Shown: positions 36,538-47,415, counted from the stretch's first letter. The stretch is 64,000 bases of DNA from Halioglobus sp. (GCA_039986455.1 JBDWQQ010000151.1:4376-68375); one strand, 5' to 3'. Translations and numbers: made by a program. Notes: generated by a model not told the origin, from the sequence alone.

Positions 36538-36799
36538 AGCGATAAAAACCTGGTGAAATCTTTTTTTTATAGGACACTTTTGGCGTCAAGCGGGCAAGGT
36601 TACCTTTACCAGAGGTAACTCACAACTGACATTTCCCTCTCCGTGGCCGAATGCGAGCACAGTGAGCAAGAATCGTCCGTATTGCCACTGGTATAACGAC
36701 TGGAATGGTCTTTACCTCAAGCCAAAACACCCTCAGAGGGTTATTTTCAGAATCTCCGGTAGAATCTAGGCTGATCCCAATCTATCCCGGACCCCGACT

Positions 36800-37159
36800 A
36801 TGACCAAAAGTGTTAGCGATGTAGTGAACTTCAGCAGCAGCCAGGCTGAGACCGAGACCTACCCCACCCCTGCCGAGAAGCTGGTAAAGGGCTCTCCAAT
36901 GCAGAACGCGACAACCCACTTTACCGCTGACGATAAATTCTTTGCCGGCGAATGGGGCGCTGACGTCGGTTGCTGGAAGGTCAGTTACACGGAGAACGAG
37001 TATTTTCACATTCTCAGTGGAAAATCGATTCTGCGCGACTCACAAGGCAACGAAATGATGCTGACCGCCGGCGATAAAGCCTGCGTTCCAGCCGGCTTCG
37101 AAGGCGAATGGGAAGTGATTGAACCGACTCAAAAGATCTTCGCGATCTACGAGCCATGA
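36800..37159 (+). CDS. Cupin domain protein (DUF861-like)
   Basis: 119 aa; GEWGADVGCWKVSYTENEYFHILSGKS...AGFEGEWEV. Confidence 0.7.
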   Translation: MTKSVSDVVNFSSSQAETETYPTPAEKLVKGSPMQNATTHFTADDKFFAGEWGADVGCWKVSYTENEYFHILSGKSILRDSQGNEMMLTAGDKACVPAGFEGEWEVIEPTQKIFAIYEP

Positions 37160-37211
37160 CACCCTTCCGACCCTGACAATCTGGTACACTGCGCGCCTCA
37201 AAACCCCACCA

Positions 37212-38603
37212 ATGGGCCTTAACGTGGCAGATGTGTCTTTCTCCAGTCTCCCCCTACCTAAAGACCAGCTCGCCAATCTGGAGGGGCTGGGCTACACCAA
37301 AATGACCGGCATACAGGCCGCCAGTCTTCCGCTGGCGTTCAAGGGCAAGGATCTTATCGCGCAGGCCAAGACCGGCAGCGGCAAAACTGCCGCCTTCAGC
37401 CTGCCATTACTCGACAAGCTGAACCCTAGAGACTTTGGTACCCAGGCACTGGTTTTATGTCCCACCCGTGAATTAGCCACTCAGGTTTCCGGAGAAATTA
37501 GACGACTGGCTCGATACCGCCAGAACATCAAGGTCGTGACTTTGTGCGGTGGCCAATCCATTGGCCCTCAAATCGGTTCGCTAGAGCACGGGGCACACAT
37601 CGTAGTGGGAACCCCGGGACGAATAAGCGACCACCTACGTAAAAAGACCCTCAATTTGTCGCGCGTTAGCACGGTGGTGCTGGACGAAGCCGACCGTATG
37701 CTGGAAATGGGCTTTGTAGAAGACATCAGCAGCATCATCGAGCAAACCCCGTCAAAGCGGCAAACGCTGCTGTTTTCAGCGACCTACCCAGACGACATAG
37801 AAGCCCTGAGCGCCCGCTTTCAGAAACAACCTGAACGCATTAGCGTGGAGACGGTTCACAGTGATCAACAAATTGATCAGCGGTTCTTCGTTTGCAAGAA
37901 GTCAGGGCGACTCGAGGGCCTTGTCACCTTGCTAAATCACTTCGCTCCGCAGACTGCGGTCGTATTTTGCAATACAAAGCAGCTGGTGCGCGACGTCACC
38001 CATCATCTGGATCAGAGCGGTATACGTGCATTAGCCCTTCACGGCGACATGGAGCAACGCGACCGTGACCAGGTGCTCATTCAATTTCGGCAGCAGAGCT
38101 GCAGCGTTCTGGTAGCCACTGATGTGGCAGCCAGAGGCCTGGATATCGATGACCTGCCTGTCGTCATTAATTTTGAGTTGCCCCGGGAAACAGAGGTTTA
38201 CGTACACCGTGTGGGCCGCACCGGCCGTGCCGGTAAAGCAGGACTCGCGCTATCGCTGTTCGCAGACTCAGAGCAATACAAATTGGATAAGATTGGCCAG
38301 ATGCTGCAGCAAGAACCGCAGGTAGAAGCCATTGGTACAATCTCAGTGAAGGGCGATCGAATGCCCCCTCCTCCATATACCACCCTTTGCATCTCCGGTG
38401 GCCGCAAGCACAAGGTTAGACCTGGCGATATTCTGGGCGCTTTAACGGGCGAGGCAGGCATTGAAGGCTCAACCGTGGGTAAGATCAATGTCATGGATTT
38501 CGCAGCCTACGTAGCGGTAGATTCAGCAGTAGCCGACAAGGCACTGGGGCGTTTACTCAACGGCAAAATAAAAGGCCGAAAATTTAAAGTGCGCAGGCTC
38601 TAA
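37212..38603 (+). CDS. dbpA: ATP-dependent RNA helicase DbpA
   Basis: DEAD-box motifs (AKTGSGKT, DEAD, SAT, HRVGRTGRAG) plus the C-terminal DbpA RNA-binding domain. ATG at 37212 preferred over 37119. Confidence 0.9.
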   Translation: MGLNVADVSFSSLPLPKDQLANLEGLGYTKMTGIQAASLPLAFKGKDLIAQAKTGSGKTAAFSLPLLDKLNPRDFGTQALVLCPTRELATQVSGEIRRLARYRQNIKVVTLCGGQSIGPQIGSLEHGAHIVVGTPGRISDHLRKKTLNLSRVSTVVLDEADRMLEMGFVEDISSIIEQTPSKRQTLLFSATYPDDIEALSARFQKQPERISVETVHSDQQIDQRFFVCKKSGRLEGLVTLLNHFAPQTAVVFCNTKQLVRDVTHHLDQSGIRALALHGDMEQRDRDQVLIQFRQQSCSVLVATDVAARGLDIDDLPVVINFELPRETEVYVHRVGRTGRAGKAGLALSLFADSEQYKLDKIGQMLQQEPQVEAIGTISVKGDRMPPPPYTTLCISGGRKHKVRPGDILGALTGEAGIEGSTVGKINVMDFAAYVAVDSAVADKALGRLLNGKIKGRKFKVRRL

Positions 38604-38608
38604 TACCC

Positions 38609-39469
38609 GTGAAAATTCCAAAGCGCCTGAGGCCACTCGTAGAAGATGGCGTGATCGATGAAGTGATCTGTCCATTAATGAGTGGCAAAGAAGCCGACGT
38701 GTTCGTCGTGCGTTGCGGCAGAAACACCCGCTGTGCCAAAGTTTACAAAGATGCCATGAAGCGCAGCTTCAAAAAGGCCGCTCAATATACAGAGGGCCGA
38801 AAAGTACGCAATAGCCGTCGCGCCAGAGCCATGGAGAAGGGTTCAAAGTTCGGTAAACAACAGGCTGAAGAAGTCTGGCAGAACGCCGAGGTAGATGCCC
38901 TGTATCGCCTGGACCGTGCCGGAGTCAGGGTCCCCCACCCCTATGGCTGTGTCGATGGCGTACTACTCATGGAACTCATCGTCGATGAAGACGGTGACGT
39001 GGCGCCCAGACTCAACGACGTCACCATGTCGGCAGAGCAAGCCCGCGAAGACCATTCTCAAATTATGCACGACGTCATGCGAATGCTCTGTGCAGGCCTG
39101 ATTCACGGCGACCTTTCCGAATTTAATGTACTGGTGGATACCAGTGGCCCGGTAATCATTGATCTCCCTCAGGCCGTTTTTGCCGCTAACAATAACAACG
39201 CTCAAGCCATGCTGGAGCGTGATGTGGCCAACATGACAGCCTATTACTCGATGTTCGCGCCAGACTTGAAGAACAGTCGCTACGCAGAGGAAATCTGGGC
39301 CCTTTACGAAGCGGGAGACCTGCACCCGGACCTGGAGCTTACCGGGCAGTTTGACGTTGAATACGATGATGCAGACGTCGATGCGGTAATGCTGGAAATA
39401 AAGGCGGCGATGGCAGAGGAAGAAGAGAGACTGGAGCGTATCAGGGACGCAGACGAGCCCGAAGTTTAG
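38609..39469 (+). CDS. RIO1-family atypical protein kinase
   Basis: 286 aa, GTG start; SGKEADVFVV, AKVYK, LIHGDLSEFNVLV. Confidence 0.85.
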   Translation: MKIPKRLRPLVEDGVIDEVICPLMSGKEADVFVVRCGRNTRCAKVYKDAMKRSFKKAAQYTEGRKVRNSRRARAMEKGSKFGKQQAEEVWQNAEVDALYRLDRAGVRVPHPYGCVDGVLLMELIVDEDGDVAPRLNDVTMSAEQAREDHSQIMHDVMRMLCAGLIHGDLSEFNVLVDTSGPVIIDLPQAVFAANNNNAQAMLERDVANMTAYYSMFAPDLKNSRYAEEIWALYEAGDLHPDLELTGQFDVEYDDADVDAVMLEIKAAMAEEEERLERIRDADEPEV

Positions 39470-39721
39470 GGCTTTACTCATAAAGTATTCGAACTTCTTA
39501 CCGCGAAAAAACTCCGTTTCCATATCTGTGAAAGAAAGCGCTCCGTCAGTGGCTCTGCCTCCGCTTTAGCCATTGCGCTCTTATTGCCTGAGCTCCTGGT
39601 TTTCGATCGTGCAATTGGATGCGGCTTAAAACCTCCTGATAAACTCTGTCATACCCAGATGGGCTAAAAATTTGTCTCAGCACCCTACAAGCACCTCAAC
39701 GATGAGCATCGAGTAACGATC

Positions 39722-40522
39722 ATGAAAGATTTGCAACACAAAGTGGCTGTTATCACCGGCGGTGCCGGTGGGGTCGGTTCTGCATTAGCGTTCGCACTAG
39801 CAGATCATGGCTGCCACTTGGCTCTGGTGGATATTTCTGAAGAGGCGCTTGCCAAAGTGGTACGTGAGCTTGCAGATAAAAAAGTTACTGTGAGCAGCCA
39901 CATTGTGGATATCACTAATAAAGCACAAATGGCTGCATTGCCGGCGCAGGTGCTGGCAAAACATGGCAAGGTCAACATTCTCGTCAACAACGCCGGCATC
40001 ACCTACCAAAAGTCTTTCGAGACACACACCATGGAAGACTGGGAAAAAATTGTGGGAATCAATTGGTGGGGGTTGCTCTACGGCTGCCATTACTTCCTGA
40101 ATGCGCTAAAAGAATCAGGAGAGGGACACATCGTCAACCTATCCAGCATGAACGCTTTCGTCGGGCTGCCGGGACAAACCTCTTACTGCGCCACCAAGGC
40201 AGCGGTAAAGCTGCTTAGCGAGTCTATGTGGGCTGAGATGGACAAAATTAACATCGGCGTTACCTCCGTGCACCCTGGGGCGATCAAGACCGATATGATT
40301 CAGGCCACCCTGAAAAACTCCGACGATCTTGAAGCTGCACAGCGCAATTATGAACTGGCCCAAAAAATAGGCGTTACCGCCGACCATGTTGCCGCGCGCA
40401 TCATCAAAGCTATTCAGAAGAAGCAAATGCGCATACGCGTGGGCAAGGATGCCATTCTACTTGACCTGCTCAAACGCGGTTTCCCGGTTGGCATACAGAA
40501 GCTGCTGCGCATGGCGGCATAG
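39722..40522 (+). CDS. Short-chain dehydrogenase/reductase
   Basis: TGGAGGVG, NNAG, YCATKAA. Confidence 0.9.
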   Translation: MKDLQHKVAVITGGAGGVGSALAFALADHGCHLALVDISEEALAKVVRELADKKVTVSSHIVDITNKAQMAALPAQVLAKHGKVNILVNNAGITYQKSFETHTMEDWEKIVGINWWGLLYGCHYFLNALKESGEGHIVNLSSMNAFVGLPGQTSYCATKAAVKLLSESMWAEMDKINIGVTSVHPGAIKTDMIQATLKNSDDLEAAQRNYELAQKIGVTADHVAARIIKAIQKKQMRIRVGKDAILLDLLKRGFPVGIQKLLRMAA

Positions 40523-40557
40523 TCTATGCTTAGCCCAACCATGGTAAAGGCGCTGCA

Positions 40558-42801
40558 ATGAAATATAACGACCTGTCACTGGCCATCACGCTGGGCCTGC
40601 TTGTTCTGCTAAACGCCTGTAGTGGCGATCCGCACCCTACTGGCGAGGTTAAAGGCCAGGCCCTCGCACAGGAAGACCTGCAACGCAGGGATATGGGACG
40701 CCAACCGGGCGCCGATTTAGCTCGCCCGCGCAGTGAAGACAAGCAGATACTTTTTGGCGATTTGCACGTTCACAGTACTTACTCTGTAGACGCCTTTACT
40801 CTCGAACTACCGATGATGGCCCAGCAAGGTATTCACACCGTGGCAGACGCCTGTGACTTCGCTCGCTACTGCGGAAAACTGGACTTTTTCAGTTACAACG
40901 ATCACGCCGAAGGCCTAACCCCCAAACACTGGCAAATAACACGAGACACCGTGAGGGCCTGCAATGCCAGTGCAGACAGCGTCAATCCGGATTTGGTCGC
41001 ATTCGCCGGCTGGGAGTGGACCCAGATGTCGCCGGCAGCCAACGCGCACTTTGGTCACAAGAACGTTATTTTTCCCGGCACCCAAGATGATGAATTACCG
41101 GCTAGGCCCATTAGCGCAAGGGTCACGCCCGATGACATGGGCGTATTCGCGCTCTCCCGACGCAGTGGCGCCAGCAAATTTATCGATCCACTCAACTGGA
41201 AGCCCTACGCAAACATGATCAGGATGCTAGATGATATTGCGGCGGTACCCGGCTGTGATACCAACGCTAATACCCGAGACCTCCCCGCTAACTGCATGGA
41301 AAATGCGGCTACGCCAGACGTCCTCTACCGGAAGCTGGATGAATGGGGCTTCGAGCATATGGTTATACCGCATGGCAACACCTGGGGCGCTTATACACCG
41401 CCTACCGCCAACTGGGATAAAGCACTCGCTACGAAGTACCACAACGACCGTCAGCAACCTTTGTTAGAGATAATGAGCGGGCATGGTAACAGCGAAGAAT
41501 ACCGTCCATTTGACCAGGGTATCGAAAATGCAGACGGCAGCCTTGTCTGCCCCGAGCCGAGTGAAGGTTACACGCCCTGCTGTTGGCAAGCCGGTGAGAT
41601 CATGCGCGAACGCTGCGGAGATTTGGATGAAGCGCAATGTGAATCACGAGTGAAACTTGCACGTCAGTACACCGTTGAAGCGGGCAATCGCTATATCGGC
41701 GTATTCCCCGATACAGTGGCTGCAGACTGGCAACAGTGCGGTCAGTGCACCGATTGTTTCAAACCGTCGTTCAATCAGGTGTTCAAAGAAAGCTCGCAGT
41801 ACGCAATGGCCCTTTCGAATTTTGAAGAGAAAGATGAAAACGGCAAGCCCCTGCGATTTCGCTTCGGTTTCATTAGCTCAACAGACGACCACACCTCTCG
41901 TCCCGGCACCGGCTATAAGCAATACGACCGTCGCAAAATGACCATGGTCACTGGGGTGAGAAGCGACTTTTTTGGCAGCATCGCCTCGCGAATGGCCGGC
42001 GAAATGATAGACCCACAAATGCCACAGCAGGTCGTTGGCACTCACCCTATACCGGATATGGAGCGAATGCAGAGCTTTTACTACCCAGGAGGTATCGTCG
42101 CCGTTCACGCTGAGAGTCGTCAGCGAGAGGACATCTGGGGGGCTTTAAAGCGCAAAGAAGTTTATGGGACCTCGGGGCCCAGGATGTTGTTGTGGTTCGA
42201 TGTCATTAATGGCCCCAATGGTGTCGCGCCCATGGGCTCAGGCGTGACTCAGGCTGAAAACCCACGCTTTGAAGTACGTGCTCTGGGTGCCTGGAAACAA
42301 TTACCAGGCTGTCCTGCTGATACCAACGCCCTGAACGGCGACCGCAAAGAATACTTGTGCGCCGGCGAATGCTTTAACCCCTCCGACGAAAGAGAGGTTA
42401 TCGAAGCGATTGAAGTTGTTCGCATCCGCCCGCAAGCGTATCCGGGGGAACCTGTTGAATCACTCATAGAAGACCCCTGGAGGCGCTTTGACTGCCCAGA
42501 GAACCCCGAGGGCTGCGTTGTACAATTTGAAGACGAGGATTACGCAAGCAGCGGCCGTGACAGCGTGTATTACGTGCGAGCGCTGCAGCAAGCGACACCC
42601 GCAATTAATGGCGCGAATCTAAGACCGACTCTGGATTCCAACGGAGAGGTGACGAACATCGACCCCTGTTACGGTGACTACCGCACTGATTTTTCAGATA
42701 ACTGTCTGGCACCCGTTCAGGAGCGCGCCTGGTCCTCGCCTATCTTTGTGGATCAAGCCGGCGCCCTGCCCCGCGTTTCTCGCGCAAACGTGGAGCAATG
42801 A
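40558..42801 (+). CDS. DUF3604 domain protein (PHP-like metal-dependent hydrolase fold), lipoprotein
   Basis: 747 aa; LNACSG lipobox, and [17 protein letters not shown], characteristic of DUF3604. Confidence 0.85.
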   Translation: MKYNDLSLAITLGLLVLLNACSGDPHPTGEVKGQALAQEDLQRRDMGRQPGADLARPRSEDKQILFGDLHVHSTYSVDAFTLELPMMAQQGIHTVADACDFARYCGKLDFFSYNDHAEGLTPKHWQITRDTVRACNASADSVNPDLVAFAGWEWTQMSPAANAHFGHKNVIFPGTQDDELPARPISARVTPDDMGVFALSRRSGASKFIDPLNWKPYANMIRMLDDIAAVPGCDTNANTRDLPANCMENAATPDVLYRKLDEWGFEHMVIPHGNTWGAYTPPTANWDKALATKYHNDRQQPLLEIMSGHGNSEEYRPFDQGIENADGSLVCPEPSEGYTPCCWQAGEIMRERCGDLDEAQCESRVKLARQYTVEAGNRYIGVFPDTVAADWQQCGQCTDCFKPSFNQVFKESSQYAMALSNFEEKDENGKPLRFRFGFISSTDDHTSRPGTGYKQYDRRKMTMVTGVRSDFFGSIASRMAGEMIDPQMPQQVVGTHPIPDMERMQSFYYPGGIVAVHAESRQREDIWGALKRKEVYGTSGPRMLLWFDVINGPNGVAPMGSGVTQAENPRFEVRALGAWKQLPGCPADTNALNGDRKEYLCAGECFNPSDEREVIEAIEVVRIRPQAYPGEPVESLIEDPWRRFDCPENPEGCVVQFEDEDYASSGRDSVYYVRALQQATPAINGANLRPTLDSNGEVTNIDPCYGDYRTDFSDNCLAPVQERAWSSPIFVDQAGALPRVSRANVEQ

Positions 42802-42804
42802 GAA

Positions 42805-43185
42805 CTAGATTTTAGGGGCATACTTCTCACAGCGCCCCTCAAACGCTTTCTGTACCGCTTCCAGATCGGAGGCATAAGACACTTCCAGTACCTGCCTATC
42901 CAAGCGAAACGCGACGGACGCGTGTTCAGCCGCAGGACGTACTGAATATGTTTCGTAAACCGTAGCGCCTGTACTCACCGGAAATACATTCTTTTTGAAC
43001 TCTACGCCTTCAACCGTCGCTAGCGCTTTGGCATCGCCTTCTTGCGGGTCAATGCCGACATAGACGGCAGTGAACTCAGGCATTTTTTCGCCGTTCACAA
43101 TCCATACACCGGTACAATAAAGCTCGGGCTCGGCTAAGACAAAGGGAGCTGTCAAAACGAGAAGTACGCTTGCTAGAATTCTCAT
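42805..43185 (-). CDS. Secreted hypothetical protein (126 aa)
   Basis: Signal peptide MRILASVLLVLTAPFVLA. No family recognised. Confidence 0.6.
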   Translation of the reverse strand: MRILASVLLVLTAPFVLAEPELYCTGVWIVNGEKMPEFTAVYVGIDPQEGDAKALATVEGVEFKKNVFPVSTGATVYETYSVRPAAEHASVAFRLDRQVLEVSYASDLEAVQKAFEGRCEKYAPKI

Positions 43186-43318
43186 CGACTACCTGCAATT
43201 TTCATTGGTTGATTCCTGTAAGGCCTGCGACTTCACGGCGCAGTGTTAGTATGATTCTTTCGAAACGGCACGCACCCACTATATCGCTGGCATTGAACAT
43301 CTTAAAGGCGTTAAACCG

Positions 43319-45031
43319 ATGAAATTACCTACTCCTGCCATTACTGCATGTCTCATTGCTTTTGCACTGCTCAGTGCATGCGACGGCTCTAACAGCAAGA
43401 TTGTCACCGTTTTTACAGCGCAAAGCGTTATCACAATGGATCCAGAGGCCCCTACCGCTGAAGCCATCGCTGTAGCGGGAGATACCATTGTTGCCGTAGG
43501 TGACCTGAACACCCTTAAAGAAGCATTGAGTGGGCAGGCATTTCATATCGATAATCGCTTTAACGACAAAGTGATAATGCCCGGTTTCATTGATCCGCAT
43601 GTGCATCCATCTATCGCCGCTACCATTCTGCCCATGGAGATTGTTGCTGCCATGGCCTGGCCAACGGCGGACGGGTTTTCCAAACCGCTACGAAGCCCTG
43701 AGTCTTTTATCAGTCGATTGAAGGAGCTCGACCAGACTCTTCCGCCTGGCGAATGGCTAATGGCATGGGGCTACCACCAGCCTTACCACGGGCCGCTGAA
43801 CAAGGAACTACTGGATCAGGTATCTACCGAGCGCCCTATTATGATCTGGCAGCGTTCGGTGCATGAAATGTTCTTTAACGGTAAGGCACTGGACTCGCTT
43901 GGTCTTACTAAGCAGGACTTCGCTCAAGAAGCACACAGCAACTGGGTTGACGGTCACATTTGGGAGTCTGGTTTGTTTTCGCTTGGCAAGCCGATGATGA
44001 AAATTCTCGCGTCACCATCCCGGTACCTCGAAGGCTTATCTGTTATGAGCGACCTGATTCATCGCGGCGGTGTCACAACCGTTGGCGAACAGGGGTTTCC
44101 ACAAATAAGTACGCTGCTTGAGTACTGGTCGCTCAGATGGGAGTTAATAGGCAGACCTTATCGGTTTGCACTGGTACCCAACGCCATGTTCTTTTCCAAC
44201 AAAAATGATTCGGTAGAAGATGTATTAGCGGATGCTGAAGCGCTGCTAAAGAAATCGAACAATAAGCTTCGCGTGGTAAAACACGTCAAATATTACGCCG
44301 ATGGCGCAATTTACAGTCAACTGATGAAAATGACCGAACCCTATCTTGACGGTCATCACGGTGAGTGGATGATTCCGCCGGACGAGCAAAAGGCTTTGCT
44401 CGAAGCGTTCTGGCGCGCGGGCTGGGATATTCATATCCATGTCAATGGTGACGCAGGGCTGGATAAGGTGCTCGATGACATTGCGTCGCTGAGAAAAGAT
44501 CAGTCCCGGCAAAGCCCAAGAATAGTGTTAGAGCATTATGGCTATGCGCGTGAAGATCAGCACCAGCGAGTGAAAGCGCTGGGAGTCGCTGTTTCAAACA
44601 ACCCGTATTACCTTTATGAGCTGGCGCCGATTTATGCAGAGCATGGACTTGGTCCTGATAGAGCGAAAAACATTTCGCCCCTGGGTGGGCTGCACTCCGC
44701 AGGCGTCGATATCTCGTTCCATTCTGATTTCACCATGGCGCCGCTACAACCTTTGACGCTTGCGTGGGTAGCTGCAAACCGAATCGCCAGTGACAATGCA
44801 GTCTGGGGCGAGCATCAGCGCGTACCCGTTCACGTCGCACTCGCCGCCATCACAATCGAGGCGGCAAAGAGCCTGGGGCTTGATCACGAGATTGGATCTT
44901 TGAAACCGGGGAAAAAGGCTGACTTTACGATATTGGAGGACAACCCCTACGAGGTTCCCAGTGAAACGATAAAAGATATCAATATTTGGGGGACGGTCTT
45001 TGAAGGCTCAATTCATAGGCTACAAAACTAG
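43319..45031 (+). CDS. Amidohydrolase 3 family (YtcJ-like) lipoprotein
   Basis: 570 aa; lipobox LLSAC, PGFIDPHVHP, HVNGD. Confidence 0.9.
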   Translation: MKLPTPAITACLIAFALLSACDGSNSKIVTVFTAQSVITMDPEAPTAEAIAVAGDTIVAVGDLNTLKEALSGQAFHIDNRFNDKVIMPGFIDPHVHPSIAATILPMEIVAAMAWPTADGFSKPLRSPESFISRLKELDQTLPPGEWLMAWGYHQPYHGPLNKELLDQVSTERPIMIWQRSVHEMFFNGKALDSLGLTKQDFAQEAHSNWVDGHIWESGLFSLGKPMMKILASPSRYLEGLSVMSDLIHRGGVTTVGEQGFPQISTLLEYWSLRWELIGRPYRFALVPNAMFFSNKNDSVEDVLADAEALLKKSNNKLRVVKHVKYYADGAIYSQLMKMTEPYLDGHHGEWMIPPDEQKALLEAFWRAGWDIHIHVNGDAGLDKVLDDIASLRKDQSRQSPRIVLEHYGYAREDQHQRVKALGVAVSNNPYYLYELAPIYAEHGLGPDRAKNISPLGGLHSAGVDISFHSDFTMAPLQPLTLAWVAANRIASDNAVWGEHQRVPVHVALAAITIEAAKSLGLDHEIGSLKPGKKADFTILEDNPYEVPSETIKDINIWGTVFEGSIHRLQN

Positions 45032-45089
45032 GCATCTTTGTCAGCAGACTCACTTCTTGACTATTCATCAGCTATTAACAATGCCGGTG

Positions 45090-45452
45090 CTACAGCTCCG
45101 GCACCGGGCCGAAAAACCCAATAACGCAGGTCACAAGACCTGAATCATCGGTTTCGGCAACATCAAATCCGGCTATGACAAGATCACCGTTCTGGTGAAT
45201 TGCCCAGTGGTACCGGTAGAAGTGGTGATGTGAATCGACCCCGCTAGTTCTCGAATAGACAGCGCCAGGCAGTGCGTCACGAACTTTATGAACATTGGCC
45301 TCGAATTCATCGATTCCGCTGAGGTCAATCGACGGGTCGACAAACCTGACGTTAGCGGCAAGTGCTTGTTCGAGGTGCCCCCGCACTCGTTCAGAATCGG
45401 CTTCGTTCCAGGCGGCGAGCATATAATCAAGTGTTTGCGGGTAGTTCGACAT
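45090..45452 (-). CDS. NTF2-like (SnoaL-type) protein, paralog of 63438-63803
   Basis: MSNYPQTLDYMLAAWNEADSE... Start at the ATG at 45452. Same layout and motifs as the ORF at 63438. Confidence 0.6.
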   Translation of the reverse strand: MSNYPQTLDYMLAAWNEADSERVRGHLEQALAANVRFVDPSIDLSGIDEFEANVHKVRDALPGAVYSRTSGVDSHHHFYRYHWAIHQNGDLVIAGFDVAETDDSGLVTCVIGFFGPVPEL

Positions 45453-45596
45453 GGTTTCGTATCCAGTGTTCAGGGGTTGGGTAGAGTGAAGCACGTATAG
45501 AAGCATTGTGCTTTGTCACAACTAACCCTCAATTTGAATGACAGGGTTAGCATAACAACGAGGCCTGCAGCTGCAGGACGCTTATATGTCCGACGG

Positions 45597-46187
45597 TTAG
45601 AGATTAAGCTCGTCAAATTCACCTAGATTAATAAGAAATTTATGCGCGGCAAACGCTGCCGAAGTCCGATCGGTCGCTTCCGATAAATGACGCACACTCT
45701 CGGTAATCGCCAACCACCAGCGCATGTGGTCCGCACTGAGCTGAGCTGCAACGGGTATCAAATCACGTGTCACACCATAGCTTCGCTCCGCCGATGACTT
45801 GAGTCGGGCTATCGCATCCAGCTCCAATTCAACCCCATTAAGCTTGCGAAAGAGAGCAGCAACAACTTGCGGGTCGTGCTCCAGTGCCTGCGAACTCGTG
45901 GGTTCTGCGTTTTGCGCGAGCAAAGCTGCATCCAGCTGGCTGAGAACATCCCGCAGCGCTCCCCGCAAACTCTGTCGTAGTTCGTGCTTGCGGTCTCGTT
46001 CAAGGCGCCTCTGAATCAGTGAGAACAGACCGACCAGGAAGAACCCTTCCAGGCAAAACCCGATAAGCTCGGGTAGCAGGTTGTCGCGAATGGCACCTTC
46101 ACCCGCTCCACGCATGAACTCTGTCAGAAAATAGATGCCCGTGAGACCAAACACCAGCAGCGGGGCAAAAACCATCAGGTGCCTCAT
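45597..46187 (-). CDS. Hypothetical membrane protein (2 TM plus helical cytoplasmic domain)
   Basis: 196-aa ORF, 19 nt downstream of the preceding ORF. No family recognised. Confidence 0.6.
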   Translation of the reverse strand: MRHLMVFAPLLVFGLTGIYFLTEFMRGAGEGAIRDNLLPELIGFCLEGFFLVGLFSLIQRRLERDRKHELRQSLRGALRDVLSQLDAALLAQNAEPTSSQALEHDPQVVAALFRKLNGVELELDAIARLKSSAERSYGVTRDLIPVAAQLSADHMRWWLAITESVRHLSEATDRTSAAFAAHKFLINLGEFDELNL

Positions 46188-46206
46188 AATCTAATGCCCA
46201 CGACTA

Positions 46207-46761
46207 TCACTCGCCCTCCTCGGGTTTCGCTAATGCCTTAATCACCCGAGCAATGCGATCGGCTTCTTCGAGGCTCAAATCAAGCGGTACATTCTGGATA
46301 TAAACCACAAGGTCTTCGCGAATAGGAACAGGAAAAATTTCGTGCGGACTCCGCGGAGGATTCAGCACCAATTCTTCGCGCGCCTGAGCCTGCCCCGGCG
46401 TATCTCGCGCTGCGACTAGTTGCACTTCTGAGGCTTCGCCTTCCACACTCGAAAAATTGCTGGGGTCTTCCATCCAGCTGTAAAAATCACGAAGACCGGC
46501 TTTCAAGCGTTCATTGTAAATTTGCAGCGTTTCAGGGCGAATGGTTGAGCCTTGGAGCTTATGAAATCGACTGCACAAATCATCAACATCAAGCTGGCGT
46601 AAATCGAGACGCTCATGCGATCTGAGTTGAACCAATAGCTGCTCGGCTGCCCTCTTCCTGGCCCGGGCCGTGTCCGGCCGAATAACACCCGCCACCGTGC
46701 CCTGCCTGAGAAAGTCTAAGAAGGCCGCCTCCGAATATTTTCTGTTCTCCATACGCACCAT
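46207..46761 (-). CDS. Hypothetical soluble protein (about 185 aa)
   Basis: ORF open to a GTG at 46794; ATGs at 46761 and 46752 avoid overlap with the repeat at 46786-46882. No family recognised. Confidence 0.6.
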   Translation of the reverse strand: MVRMENRKYSEAAFLDFLRQGTVAGVIRPDTARARKRAAEQLLVQLRSHERLDLRQLDVDDLCSRFHKLQGSTIRPETLQIYNERLKAGLRDFYSWMEDPSNFSSVEGEASEVQLVAARDTPGQAQAREELVLNPPRSPHEIFPVPIREDLVVYIQNVPLDLSLEEADRIARVIKALAKPEEGE

Positions 46762-46785
46762 GACATTGTTGTTAGAACTCCAACT

Positions 46786-46882
46786 AGAATACACCGATGC
46801 TCGGAATTAGGCGAAAGCGGTCATTAGGCCCTGAAGCGGCCCTGAGAAGATAATGTGCGTTTTTCCCTCAAAGAAGCTGAGG
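46786..46882 (-). repeat. Junction repeat, complete but decayed copy
   Basis: + strand reads gaatacaccgatgctcggaattaggcgaaagcggtc-attaggccc...gtgcgtttttccctcaaagaagctgagg. Confidence 0.7.
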
Positions 46883-46922
46883 AAGTATCTAACATACTGG
46901 GAGAAAAGAATTTGGTTTGGGC

Positions 46923-46941
46923 CGCCAGCTTCCTGCTGGCG
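46923..46941 (-). terminator. Hairpin downstream of mscL, weak terminator candidate
   Basis: cgccagc-ttcct-gctggcg. A T-rich run appears only about 15 nt further on the minus strand. Confidence 0.3.
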
Positions 46942-46959
46942 ACCTAATGGCGACGAGCT

Positions 46960-47415
46960 CTAGGCTCCGCCCAGTTCAGATGTGCAGTTAGGACACCTTG
47001 TGGCCTTGATAGCTATACTCGTTAAGCAATGAGGGCACTCTTTTTCAGTAGGCTCAGCCGCCGGTTCCTCTTCTTCCGCTTGCATATTATTAATACTCCT
47101 TATGAGCAAAAATACTGCGAAAGCAACAATCAGAAAGCTTATCACTGCATTGATAAAGACACCGTAGCTAATAGTGACCGCACCGGCCTCTTGGGCGATT
47201 GCCAAGGTTGCGTAGGGACCTGCGTTAGCGCCCTCTTTTAATGTGATAAATAAATCGGAAAAATCGACCCCACCTAAAAGTAATCCTACGGGAGGCATAA
47301 TGACGTCTGCGACCAGGCTCTTCACGATGGTTCCGAACGCGCCGCCTATGATTATGCCCACTGCCATGTCGACGACATTTCCTCGCATTGCAAATTTTTT
47401 AAACTCTTCTAACAT
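46960..47415 (-). CDS. mscL: Large-conductance mechanosensitive channel MscL with a C-terminal CxxC-X10-CxxC extension
   Basis: [28 protein letters not shown]..., ends ...[27 protein letters not shown]. Confidence 0.9.
   Translation of the reverse strand: MLEEFKKFAMRGNVVDMAVGIIIGGAFGTIVKSLVADVIMPPVGLLLGGVDFSDLFITLKEGANAGPYATLAIAQEAGAVTISYGVFINAVISFLIVAFAVFLLIRSINNMQAEEEEPAAEPTEKECPHCLTSIAIKATRCPNCTSELGGA

Noticed and set aside
36598-36622. Hairpin ggttacct-N7-aggtaac in the leader of the ABC importer operon, considered as a riboswitch or attenuator
   Set aside because: It is a single short stem, and I recognise no riboswitch consensus. The evidence is insufficient to call.
38963-39523. 186-aa minus-strand ORF
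   Set aside because: It is antisense to the well-supported RIO kinase gene and has no recognisable motifs. A shadow ORF.
45522-45577. Palindromes downstream of the 45597 gene: ctaaccct-N13-agggttag (TAAC...GTTA in canonical attC order) and CCTGCAGCTGCAGG
   Set aside because: At about 29 bp the first is far shorter than any attC, and the flanking bases fit the R-box consensus poorly. Both are more simply explained as terminator-like hairpins. Worth including if an attC model is run.
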